Shown: piece by piece, positions 48,501 to 56,336 of the stretch | How positions within the stretch are numbered: position 1 is the first letter of the stretch | Layout of the letters: every line of letters begins with the position of its first letter | Assembly (NCBI GenBank): GCA_030587475.2 | Contig: JAUQYZ020000102.1 | Location: 1 to 64,000 of the forward strand | Length of the DNA: 64,000 nucleotides | Origin: Candidatus Sigynarchaeum calidifontis | GTDB taxonomy: Archaea > Asgardarchaeota > Lokiarchaeia > Sigyniarchaeales > Sigyniarchaeaceae | Direction: 5' to 3' | Translations under genes and position numbers: made by a program | The notes under the pieces: generated by a model | Databases searched by the model: none | Seen by the model: only the letters and a program-made list of their open reading frames with translations | What the model was told of the DNA's origin: nothing

Positions 48501-48839
48501 GACAAGGCCGCGATGCTCTACCAGGACGAGGCATTCGCCTTCCTCGACGCGGGCGACTTGCCGATGGGCTGGGCGTCGATATGGACCGCCATCATGATCC
48601 TCGTGAAAGGACGTGCCGACGTGAAAGATATCAACGCCGTCGTCAAGAACGTGGCGCGTTTGTACAAGGACAAGAAGACCATCGCCGACAACCTCATGAT
48701 GAACGGCCTCAGCTTGTTCTTGAAATGCATCGAGCGCAAAGCCTTCGACCGGCTGCGCGCGTTCACGGCCATCTTCGACATCTTACCGCTACTCGATGAT
48801 GAGCGGCAGATATTCGACTTCAAGAATCTACAACAGTGA
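45561..48839 (+). CDS. Large protein: degenerate small-GTPase-like N-terminal domain + alpha-solenoid/coiled coil
   Basis: FKIPFIALLGEG, AEFWLV, AMKGSDGILILVD and PTIIVLVD follow Ras-like strand order without GK[ST]; remainder helical with AA..Y repeats and charged coiled coils. Confidence 0.65.
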   Translation: MPRFFFKIPFIALLGEGDASVLNEAWDVLNAVEDTTNIVPGVSIRNAEIDLDKDSQVSAEFWLVKDVTKIDFEDAMKGSDGILILVDPAADPSAAMAHEYVGIIEKSVRFLPTIIVLVDVASQATFFDDSFIKQIWERRVVECMAFNRSAPGHFLAIVKTLFRGIIEHPEAGPLDLDTAWLREGIIWGIMARKIETEVTREDQVFLGRNFHVLSLVAKAKKKIEALVLGSVGARWLEMAAEYMLAARVCEQLGEKARAQFLKKKHLQYQMNQAAALLAQHKFGKAAAKYQEIAYWNRNEYVEPSLIEELFIKAIDAWVSIFEFDKIPDLLRQIKAPAMQLATLKDKITRGIDYLASQQLLEKANFQLDAITNLYLKYDLRDSATELAKKHAKVKLDLLKEKVDQKFIGDSLILLDEIVSLRERMGITILVPDQQLAWICVYLIENLNFHEFENVISLVQDPLIVKQLSARRVAKEKEAEIEAQQKAEILKKSAYQRLLVYSKEEKDDALQYAKSRRKLLIDMASQGQPDRAASFMIINAQWLRDLDQPDLAADLVFSVSEHLVRCNSTIDLKSVLNFLPPARQEKLVTAIVHHIKSRPAEEGDADFSKFIEYYQAQARNNHFHAQASELASRLAEAYLNEARMASKERNLNSIRLALAKLEKYRILLATLGNKDLQPANTDDIIETIIDFYFATNDLKPIDDLLNQLKDLDKKRRVSARLERISQEEKLKHDSEMRKQEAERNLMEDLQEAKRLLLLEQDRLKALRAEREEHLLAWKAEKKIADILPCFMTRPDQILAAIDQLDKNERQATQFFINDKNHVEFAISIVVSQLLALKRNDLEGAAKLIGSADVLWPEFKQKVIRLHAWKLASLLVRAIELEAGSGIVEAVLLTELLPLVLGERALAFMVLNKPVPPSILVKKEKAVSDDFEKKLDEALPVIVEVVGMEMEPGLESARMRRQLLSREGKLQGLPLLKSGKQLDKAAMLYQDEAFAFLDAGDLPMGWASIWTAIMILVKGRADVKDINAVVKNVARLYKDKKTIADNLMMNGLSLFLKCIERKAFDRLRAFTAIFDILPLLDDERQIFDFKNLQQ

Positions 48840-48855
48840 AACGAGAGGAGCAATT

Positions 48856-49722
48856 ATGACCATCAAGATAGGATTCCACAACCTGTTCCGTTCCAAACCG
48901 CTAGAAGAGATCGCCGCGTGGGCGCATCAAGTCGGCTTCGAGACTTTCGAGCTGGCAGCTGGGCCTGGTGCCATCATCAATGTCGACGAGGTGCTGTCAG
49001 GCAAGGCAAGCGCCGTTCGCGATCCTTGCAAGAAGAATTCGATCGAGATCACGAGCCTCGCGTACTGCGTGAACCATCTCGAGCCCGGCAGCAGGGAGAA
49101 GCACAACGCGCACATGCGAAAAGTCATCGAAGCCGCGCACCAGCTCGACGTGAACATCGTTGCATGCTTTGTTGGCGGTACCGGCGGGGCATTTTACCAG
49201 GAGATGGGTTTGTTCGAGGAACATTTCATGCCCCTGGTCGACCACGCGAAAATGAACGACGTGAAGCTCGCCATCGAGAATTGTCCTGCCGGGGGCATGA
49301 ACATCGGCCGTTCGCCGTATTTTTGGCGCGAGATTTTCACTGCCAGCGAGGACTCGCCGTATCTCGGTCTAGAGTTCGACCCGTCCCATCTCGTCTGGCT
49401 CCAGATCGACTGGAAAAAAGCTCTCGACGAGTTCACCGCGAAGAAGAAGGTTTTCACATTGCATGCGAAGGACACGGTTGTCGACAGCGCAAAGCTCGCG
49501 GATCGCGGTTTCTACGAGCCAGGCTGGTGGGAGTATAAGATTCCAGGCCTTGGCATCGTCGATTGGAAGGTGTTATTCAAGATTCTCAAGAAACACGCCT
49601 TTTCAGGGGCCATCAACATCGAACACGAGGACGGCGCTTATCTGGCAAGCGAAGAAAAGATCAAGGAGGGCTTACTGCTCGGTTTAAAGACGCTCAAGGA
49701 TGCTCTCGCCTCGGGTGAATGA
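48856..49722 (+). CDS. Sugar phosphate isomerase/epimerase (xylose isomerase-like TIM barrel)
   Basis: LAIENCP, GLEFDPSHLVW, HAKDT, PGLGIVDW and IEHED motifs. Confidence 0.9.
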   Translation: MTIKIGFHNLFRSKPLEEIAAWAHQVGFETFELAAGPGAIINVDEVLSGKASAVRDPCKKNSIEITSLAYCVNHLEPGSREKHNAHMRKVIEAAHQLDVNIVACFVGGTGGAFYQEMGLFEEHFMPLVDHAKMNDVKLAIENCPAGGMNIGRSPYFWREIFTASEDSPYLGLEFDPSHLVWLQIDWKKALDEFTAKKKVFTLHAKDTVVDSAKLADRGFYEPGWWEYKIPGLGIVDWKVLFKILKKHAFSGAINIEHEDGAYLASEEKIKEGLLLGLKTLKDALASGE

Positions 49723-49739
49723 TTGGATTAATTCGTTCA

Positions 49740-50531
49740 TCACCGCGGGTATTCGACCAGTTTCACTTGTTTATCGAGGAATTCTTGCATGCACCTGGCG
49801 GTTTCCTCGTAGAAATCAGTGACAAAATTGTGGCCAGCAAGGGGAATCACGCTTACATGCACCTGGCCGAAATCACGGACGGTCTTGAACGATAACTCGA
49901 GGGGGACTACCTCGTCAAGTTCCCCGCAAATTATTCCTACGGGAATACGGCAAGCCTCGTGCTTTTTCTTGGCCGATCTGGCCAGCGCCACTAACTCCTC
50001 GGCCATAGAATGCAAGTCAGCATATAATTCCTCCCTCGACGCCGACGTTCCTTGCACGTTGAAGAGATCAACCGCCTTCTGCACCATGGAATCGAGCACG
50101 CCGGACGGTACATCGAGGATCTTGGCCCGGGTCTCGGCCGGAAGCATATTCCAAAAAGCCTCCCGGGCAGGCGTGTCGATACAACAAGGTCCCGGGGCCA
50201 GCAGCAAAACAAAGGCCAATCTCCAGTAACCGAGCTCGCGAATGATGTGCCGCACGATGGATCCCCCGAACATACCGAACGCGACGACACCAAAACGTTC
50301 GATGCGTAGCTCGTCGATCAAGTCAAGAGCGGTTTGCACCGATGGGCGGGAAGCGTGATCGCAATCGGACAAGGCATCGGTCGCGAGACGGGGAAGGATG
50401 CAGTGGATGCCGCCGTGATCCAAGCACGCGACGAGGTCGTGGAACATTGCCGGAGAGGAGCGCCAGCCATGGATGAATAGAACGGGCATCCCCGTGCCAT
50501 CATTGCGCGGCTTATAGACCTCGTAAGACAT
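49740..50531 (-). CDS. Alpha/beta-hydrolase fold protein lacking the nucleophile serine
   Basis: VLFIHGW, IPVGIICGELDEVVP and AGHN; nucleophile elbow reads AFGMFGG. Confidence 0.78.
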   Translation of the reverse strand: MSYEVYKPRNDGTGMPVLFIHGWRSSPAMFHDLVACLDHGGIHCILPRLATDALSDCDHASRPSVQTALDLIDELRIERFGVVAFGMFGGSIVRHIIRELGYWRLAFVLLLAPGPCCIDTPAREAFWNMLPAETRAKILDVPSGVLDSMVQKAVDLFNVQGTSASREELYADLHSMAEELVALARSAKKKHEACRIPVGIICGELDEVVPLELSFKTVRDFGQVHVSVIPLAGHNFVTDFYEETARCMQEFLDKQVKLVEYPR

Positions 50532-50735
50532 GGTGCGACCACATCTCGTCTCAAAATCGCGGCATGCAACCATTGGTTCCCCCTACGAACAGTCCGGCCG
50601 GCGTCATCGTGCCTTTCAAGGCTTGGAGGCCACGAGGTTAGAATGATGCGTTGCTTAAATACGCGGGTCTTGGCATCACGCGAAAAAGCAATGCCAGGAA
50701 TGGATGTTGATGAGATGCAGTAAAAGATAAGGAAA

Positions 50736-51227
50736 TCAAGCCTTTCCGAGCTTGATATTCATGATCCACTGCAATGCGAGGAAAGCAATTATACTCAAGA
50801 TGAATCCGACTACCAATAACTTGATCGCATAGCTCCTGTTCATTTTTTGCAAGCTTCCTTGGTACATAAGCACCAACCCGATGCCGGAAGTGAATAACAA
50901 GATGGCAGCGATGATGCCTTCGATGATAAAACTTTCATTAGTGCTCGGATAGAAAAATACCGCCCTGGCGTTTTCACCAGACCCAGAGGAACCCACGGCG
51001 ATGGGGTTGCGCACGATGAAATATATACCCCCCGCCATGAGCCAAAAGAGCAAGATATACGATGCCATGAGCATCAACATTCGTGGTGGCGAAGGAAGCG
51101 CGATTCCCGAGCCGATACCGGACAGCCGAACCCGCGGGATGCGTATCCCGAGCAATGGCAGCAGCTTGTCGCGGGAGCTGCCCTTGTAGACGCGCCTGGC
51201 TGCGCCACTTTGTTCCTCATCTGACAT
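50736..51227 (-). CDS. OSTC/DC2-like (OST3/OST6 family) oligosaccharyltransferase accessory subunit
   Basis: SY..LF.LMAGGIYFIVRNP.AVGS...AVFFYPSTNESFIIEG.IAA.LLF.SGIGL matches the three-TM OSTC/OST3 signature. Confidence 0.82.
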   Translation of the reverse strand: MSDEEQSGAARRVYKGSSRDKLLPLLGIRIPRVRLSGIGSGIALPSPPRMLMLMASYILLFWLMAGGIYFIVRNPIAVGSSGSGENARAVFFYPSTNESFIIEGIIAAILLFTSGIGLVLMYQGSLQKMNRSYAIKLLVVGFILSIIAFLALQWIMNIKLGKA

Positions 51228-51326
51228 GCAATATCACGAGCAATGATTTACCGAGAAAAATAAACCCTTTGTAGTACAATTCCAGCGCCTCAAGAGTGAA
51301 ATACCGCCGGTTGATTATGTCATTTC

Positions 51327-52463
51327 ATGGACACATCTGTCGAGAACCGCTTGAACCTAATCAAACGAAACACGGAAGAAGTTCTAGGAGAGGATGATCT
51401 GGTCAAGCTGCTCGAAACGGGGGAACCGATCAACCATTACATAGGCTTCGAAATCAGCGGTCGCATTCACATCGGCACGGGGCTCATGTGCATGTCAAAA
51501 GTAAAGGATTTCATGGAGGCGGGCGTGAATTGCTCCATATTCCTCGCTGATTGGCACTCGTGGATCAATGACAAGCTTGGTGGCGACCGGGAAATCATCA
51601 AGGAGGCAAGCAATTATTTCAAGGAGGGTCTCAAGGCAAGCCTCGTCGCCGTTGGTGGTAATCCGGATAAGGTGAAGTTCGTACTCGGAACCGAGCTGTA
51701 TCACGATGCTGATGATTACTGGGCGACCGTCATCGAGGTTTCCAAGAACACGACCCTCAATCGCATCATCCGTAGCACGACCATCATGGGCCGCAAGGAG
51801 GGCGAGAACATCGACTTTGCCAAGCTCATCTATCCCCCCATGCAAGTCGCGGACATCTTTTACCAGGGGATTCACCTCGCCCACGCGGGCATCGACCAGC
51901 GCAAGGCACACGTGATCGCCATCGATGTCGCAAAACATCTCAAGATCAAGCCACTCAAGAACGCGAAGGGCGATGTCATCAAGCCCATCGCGGTCCACCA
52001 CCACCTCTTGCTCGGCCTCCAGAAACCACGGCAGTGGCCAGTGCCCAAGGAGAACCTGCAAGAGCTCTGGAGCAGCATGAAGATGTCGAAGTCGATACCG
52101 GACTCTGCCATCTTCGTGACCGATGAACCTGACCTCATCAAGAAGAAGATGCAGAAAGCATTCTGTCCCGAGAAGGAGATCGATTTCAATCCCGTCCTGG
52201 ACTATGCAAAAAGCCTTATCTTCCGCGATGAGAAATCTGTGCTCGAGATCATCCGGCCGGAGAAGTATGGAGGAAACAAGACCTACGAGTCGTACCAAGC
52301 GCTCGCGAACGACTTCGCCGAGGGGAAACTGCACCCCGCGGACTTGAAAGCCGGGGTCGCGGCCTCGATAACGAAGATGCTCGAGCCGGTTCGCCGGCAC
52401 TTTGAAAAGCCAGCCGTGAAGAAAATCAAGGATAGGATGGACGGCATCTCGACGACGCGCTGA
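51327..52463 (+). CDS. tyrS: Tyrosine--tRNA ligase (archaeal type)
   Basis: YIGFEISGRIHIGT, ADWHS, YPPMQVADI, GIDQRKAH, KMSKS and LHPADLK motifs. Confidence 0.96.
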   Translation: MDTSVENRLNLIKRNTEEVLGEDDLVKLLETGEPINHYIGFEISGRIHIGTGLMCMSKVKDFMEAGVNCSIFLADWHSWINDKLGGDREIIKEASNYFKEGLKASLVAVGGNPDKVKFVLGTELYHDADDYWATVIEVSKNTTLNRIIRSTTIMGRKEGENIDFAKLIYPPMQVADIFYQGIHLAHAGIDQRKAHVIAIDVAKHLKIKPLKNAKGDVIKPIAVHHHLLLGLQKPRQWPVPKENLQELWSSMKMSKSIPDSAIFVTDEPDLIKKKMQKAFCPEKEIDFNPVLDYAKSLIFRDEKSVLEIIRPEKYGGNKTYESYQALANDFAEGKLHPADLKAGVAASITKMLEPVRRHFEKPAVKKIKDRMDGISTTR

Positions 52464-52957
52464 TCACGTGCTCGTAATTCCGCGTTTTTTTTCCTTACGC
52501 TGCTACAAGAAGAATTGTACCAAGCGAATAAAACTTCCAATATCCCGGAAGCGTGTTTGGGCCTTGATTAGAGCCCATTGTCTTGAAAGAATGCCTCGAT
52601 TTTCCGATGCAACCATCACCATAGCAGACGGTCGGGCGTTCCCGTGATCGATGCACCATCACATACCTTCGTTCGCGGTTTTGTGTTCCAAGAAATCCCC
52701 CTTCTCACCAGGCGGCATCCTGCAAGCTGGTTCCGCCCGTGCGAGTGCCTATTTCACGAGCCCGTTGAAATGGCCGGCGATGCTTGCTGCTTTTTTCTAT
52801 AGGCGGGATGGCCAGGGCGCGGTATAAAGCCGTGGCGCTGCCGCTTCTGTTTATTTTGCCGTATAAACCTTTAAATTTAGTTTGAAGAACGTAAAAATGT
52901 TTCCTCGTTGTACTAATGCGAGCGGGAAACAAATCCATAACAAAAGGGATGATATGC

Positions 52958-53245
52958 ATGGGCAAAGGCGGAAAAATCGCGATGATTGTCATCGGCGCAA
53001 TATTGGCCGGAGTAGGTGTTGTCATCATGATGCTATACTTCACGAATTCGGCGGCCCTTCAAGCTGCATTGGCCGCATGTGAGGTTACCTACGCAGGAAA
53101 TCCTACATTAATTGAACAATGTAAAAACCAGGTCAACGCGATAGCGGCGGGAGTATTGCAGGTCCAGTTGATCGGCTTCATCATTTTCCTTGCCGTAGGT
53201 GCTCTATTGCTGATCATTGGTCTCGTGAAGTTAAAGAAAGCTTGA
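52958..53245 (+). CDS. Small two-TM membrane protein with a cysteine pair in the loop
   Basis: Two hydrophobic helices flanking AACEVTY...IEQCK; TATA-like TTTAAAT upstream. Confidence 0.65.
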   Translation: MGKGGKIAMIVIGAILAGVGVVIMMLYFTNSAALQAALAACEVTYAGNPTLIEQCKNQVNAIAAGVLQVQLIGFIIFLAVGALLLIIGLVKLKKA

Positions 53246-53406
53246 AATCTGCAGCTGTGCAAAAATTCCAGGTAAAGCCTTGGCAATCTTATTTGTCCAT
53301 CTTTTCCATATTTTTTTAAGATTTCGCTTTATGTTCCATTTTTTTCCAAGTTTCTTTTTGAATGATTTTAAATCATTCTTCAGATGCATTATGATCTTGT
53401 CGCCGT

Positions 53407-54270
53407 TTAATGACGCTGCAAGAAGAATTTTGCAACGGGATGCATGACCTCGCCTTGCATGCTGATGATGATCTCCTTGACGGGCACCTTCTTGCCGGAT
53501 CGCTTGATCGCGTCGTCCACGACTTTCGTCATGCCGAAACAGCACGGCACTTGCATGTGAACGATGGTGATCGACGTGATCGAGTGGTTCTTGATGATGT
53601 CGGCTAGCTTGTCGACGTAATCCTCGATCCCCTCGTCGAGCTTTGGGCAAAAAATGATCGTGACCTTGTCCTTGATGAAATCCTGGTGGAAATTGCCATA
53701 TGCATAAGCAGTACAGTCCGCCGCGACGAGAAGATCGGCGTTGTCGAAATACTCCGCTGCCACGTTGACCAGCTTGAGCTGGACAGGCCATGTCTGCAGC
53801 TGGGAGGGTACCGCAACTGATTTTCCAACCACCCCCATCGCAGCCGGTTCCCGTCTAGCTATCGTTCGCGCGGCAGAGCTCGGGCACCCGCAAGCTGCCG
53901 CTTCCTTCTGCTTGTAGTCGGGAATCGCGATGCCTTTTTCCTTGAGATAATCGAGGGCCTGGCTCAGGTACTTGACTTGCTTGTGCTCGTCGAGGTGCTT
54001 GAGGTGTGCCTTGATCGTGTTTGGCCCTTGCTCGACGATGTTGGCGATCACCTTGCGCTCGTCGTAGGGCTCCGCCTCGCGCTTTTCAACCGAGATCGCG
54101 CCCTCCGGGCACGTGCCGATGCATGCACCGAGACCATCGCAGAGGATTGCACTCACGAGCCGGGCCTTGCCGTCGATAACTTGGATGGCCCCTTCCGGGC
54201 ATCCGTCAGCGCACGAGCCGCAACCCGTGCATCTTGCCTCGTCGATCTTGATGATATCTCGATTTACCAA
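53407..54270 (-). CDS. 4Fe-4S ferredoxin-domain iron-sulfur protein (CooS/Hcp-associated type)
   Basis: CTGCGSCADGCP, CDGLGACIGTCP, GCPSS, SQLQTWPVQL, AADC, CPKLD and MQVPCC motifs. Confidence 0.9.
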   Translation of the reverse strand: MVNRDIIKIDEARCTGCGSCADGCPEGAIQVIDGKARLVSAILCDGLGACIGTCPEGAISVEKREAEPYDERKVIANIVEQGPNTIKAHLKHLDEHKQVKYLSQALDYLKEKGIAIPDYKQKEAAACGCPSSAARTIARREPAAMGVVGKSVAVPSQLQTWPVQLKLVNVAAEYFDNADLLVAADCTAYAYGNFHQDFIKDKVTIIFCPKLDEGIEDYVDKLADIIKNHSITSITIVHMQVPCCFGMTKVVDDAIKRSGKKVPVKEIIISMQGEVMHPVAKFFLQRH

Positions 54271-54329
54271 TAGTTTTCACCTCGCTTAGGAAAGTAAAAA
54301 AAGTACAGTCGCCGGCCGGGCAGAGATGC

Positions 54330-56246
54330 TCAGATGCCCAGCTTCTTGCGATTGGCCTCGATGTGGGCGAGCAAGTTCTGCGCCGCCTCGGCAGGATCCT
54401 TCTCCAGGTGGAGTATACCTCCCGTGACGCCCTTAAGATCTTGCGTGAGCAGCTTCACGAGGTTAGGGCCGCCCGTGACCGTGGGGACGGGATTCACGTA
54501 GGTGTACAACCCAAACGCCAGGGCGAATATGGCATCGATCGTTGCCTTCTGTTCCATGTACTCGGGTGCAGCGGCCGCCACGGGCAGGTCTGTCACGGGC
54601 ACGCCGCCGAGGGCTACTGAAACCGCGTGGATGAGATCCGCCACGCGACCCGTGTCGGTGCAAGTGCCATAGCTGAGCACGGGCGGGATACCGAGCTTCC
54701 CGCACAGTGCCTTGAGGCCGGGGCCGGCCATGTCCTTCGCTTCTGGGGTGCACAAGCCCGCGACTTGCACGGCGCCGTTCCCGCACCCCATGGACAAGAC
54801 GAGCAGATCGCGCTTGATCAGCTCTTTCACGACCGCGACCGTGTGGACATCTTGTCCCGAGTCGCGGAGCGTCGTACACGATACCATGCCAACGACGCCT
54901 CGGATCGTGCCGTCCTTGATCGCGCCGAGGAGCGGATCCAGCGTGCCGCCGAGCGCGGCCACGATGCTCTCGGTCGAGAAGCCAACGATCGCCTTGCCAA
55001 TCCGGAGGCCCGTGATGGGTTCCACCGAAGCCCGGCGCGCCTTGAAGTTGTCGATGGCCATCTGGAGCAGCGACGCGGCTTGCTTTTCGGCGAGCTCAGG
55101 CTGGTAATCGACCCGATCCGACACGCCCTCGAACACGACGAGGTCGCTCACGGGCACCAGCTTGAACTTGTACTTCTCAGCGTACTTGGGATCGATGGGC
55201 ATCGAGCAATTCATGTCGCACGCGAACAAGTCGACGCACCCGCTAGCTAGCACCGCTTCTTGCATTATCCAATTACCCGTGAACCCGAAGAACACGTCAT
55301 CCATCGGCCATCGCTGGATCATCTCTTGACCGGTCTCGATATTGGCAATGATCCGCAGGCCCTTGGCACCGACAGCCTTGGCCTTCTCTTGCCATTCAGG
55401 CTTGCGGGCGAGCTGTACCATGGCGAAGCCAAGGAACGGCTCGTGGCCGTTGGGCAGCACGTTGACGTAATCCGGGTCGAGCACGCCGAGATCGACGCGC
55501 ATCTCGTGGGGCCGCGGGATGTTGAACAAGATATCCTGACAAAACTCGTTCACGATCTGGCTCTGGTAGGCCATAGCGATCCCGAGGCGCATTGCCTTGA
55601 GAGCCAGGCTCTGGTAATAGCCGTCCACGTTCGTGAGGCACGACGAGGTGGAGAACATCATCTCGCCGTAGATCCCGCCGGGGAGGATGCCCAGCTTTTT
55701 CCAGGTCGCCACCCGCTCGGGCGGTGCCAGTGCGGTAACGATCTTGCTGGGAACGTCGTGGTGCTGGTTGAAATCGGATGTTGCAAAGTCGCAAAGCTTG
55801 TTCGCAATGTCGGCGTCGTTGCCCGACGTGTCGACCCCGAGCCGCTTGGCGAAAGAGCGCAGCTTCTCGGGTTCCGAGATCCTGTAGGGGGTTTTTCCCG
55901 CCGCGGTCGCGCGCAGGGTCTTGAGGGTCTGCTCCGTGTGGTAATGGTACGTGGACGCGCCCATGACGTTCCGCAGCAGCATCATGCGCATTGCCATGCC
56001 ATCCGCCGTGATGCCGCAAACGCCCCGCTTGTCTTTCGCCGCGTCCGCTCGACAAGGGCCGTTGGAGCAGAGGTCGCACCGAACACCTGCTTGGCAGAAG
56101 GGACAGCGGCTGTCAGGATTGTTTCCCAGTCCTTGAGCCTCGAATCGGTCCCAGATGTTCGTCATGCCATCCTTCTTGATGCGCTCGTACACCTTCCGGA
56201 CGGATTCATGCTCCGAAATACGTTTTCCTTCCATATCCATCAACAA
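54330..56246 (-). CDS. cooS: Anaerobic carbon-monoxide dehydrogenase catalytic subunit homolog (variant ligand set)
   Basis: CPFC...CDLCSNGPC...GVCG, NGHEP, DMNC, VSCTT, MGCG, GTCTD and EQKA motifs; start may be 56240 or 56234. Confidence 0.92.
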   Translation of the reverse strand: MLMDMEGKRISEHESVRKVYERIKKDGMTNIWDRFEAQGLGNNPDSRCPFCQAGVRCDLCSNGPCRADAAKDKRGVCGITADGMAMRMMLLRNVMGASTYHYHTEQTLKTLRATAAGKTPYRISEPEKLRSFAKRLGVDTSGNDADIANKLCDFATSDFNQHHDVPSKIVTALAPPERVATWKKLGILPGGIYGEMMFSTSSCLTNVDGYYQSLALKAMRLGIAMAYQSQIVNEFCQDILFNIPRPHEMRVDLGVLDPDYVNVLPNGHEPFLGFAMVQLARKPEWQEKAKAVGAKGLRIIANIETGQEMIQRWPMDDVFFGFTGNWIMQEAVLASGCVDLFACDMNCSMPIDPKYAEKYKFKLVPVSDLVVFEGVSDRVDYQPELAEKQAASLLQMAIDNFKARRASVEPITGLRIGKAIVGFSTESIVAALGGTLDPLLGAIKDGTIRGVVGMVSCTTLRDSGQDVHTVAVVKELIKRDLLVLSMGCGNGAVQVAGLCTPEAKDMAGPGLKALCGKLGIPPVLSYGTCTDTGRVADLIHAVSVALGGVPVTDLPVAAAAPEYMEQKATIDAIFALAFGLYTYVNPVPTVTGGPNLVKLLTQDLKGVTGGILHLEKDPAEAAQNLLAHIEANRKKLGI

Positions 56247-56336
56247 AAACGGATCTATCCTATTAATCTCCGGGACCTATTTCAATGCTCGTCTTCTATC
56301 TTATTGCCTTTTTACATCTCCCGCTAATACCGTTGC

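Noticed and set aside
52464-52720. Possible selenoprotein (M-TGA-WC) or transposase remnant (RKIEAFF...WYN) on the minus strand downstream of tyrS
   Set aside because: Frames are broken by other stops, no SECIS identified, similarity too weak to support.
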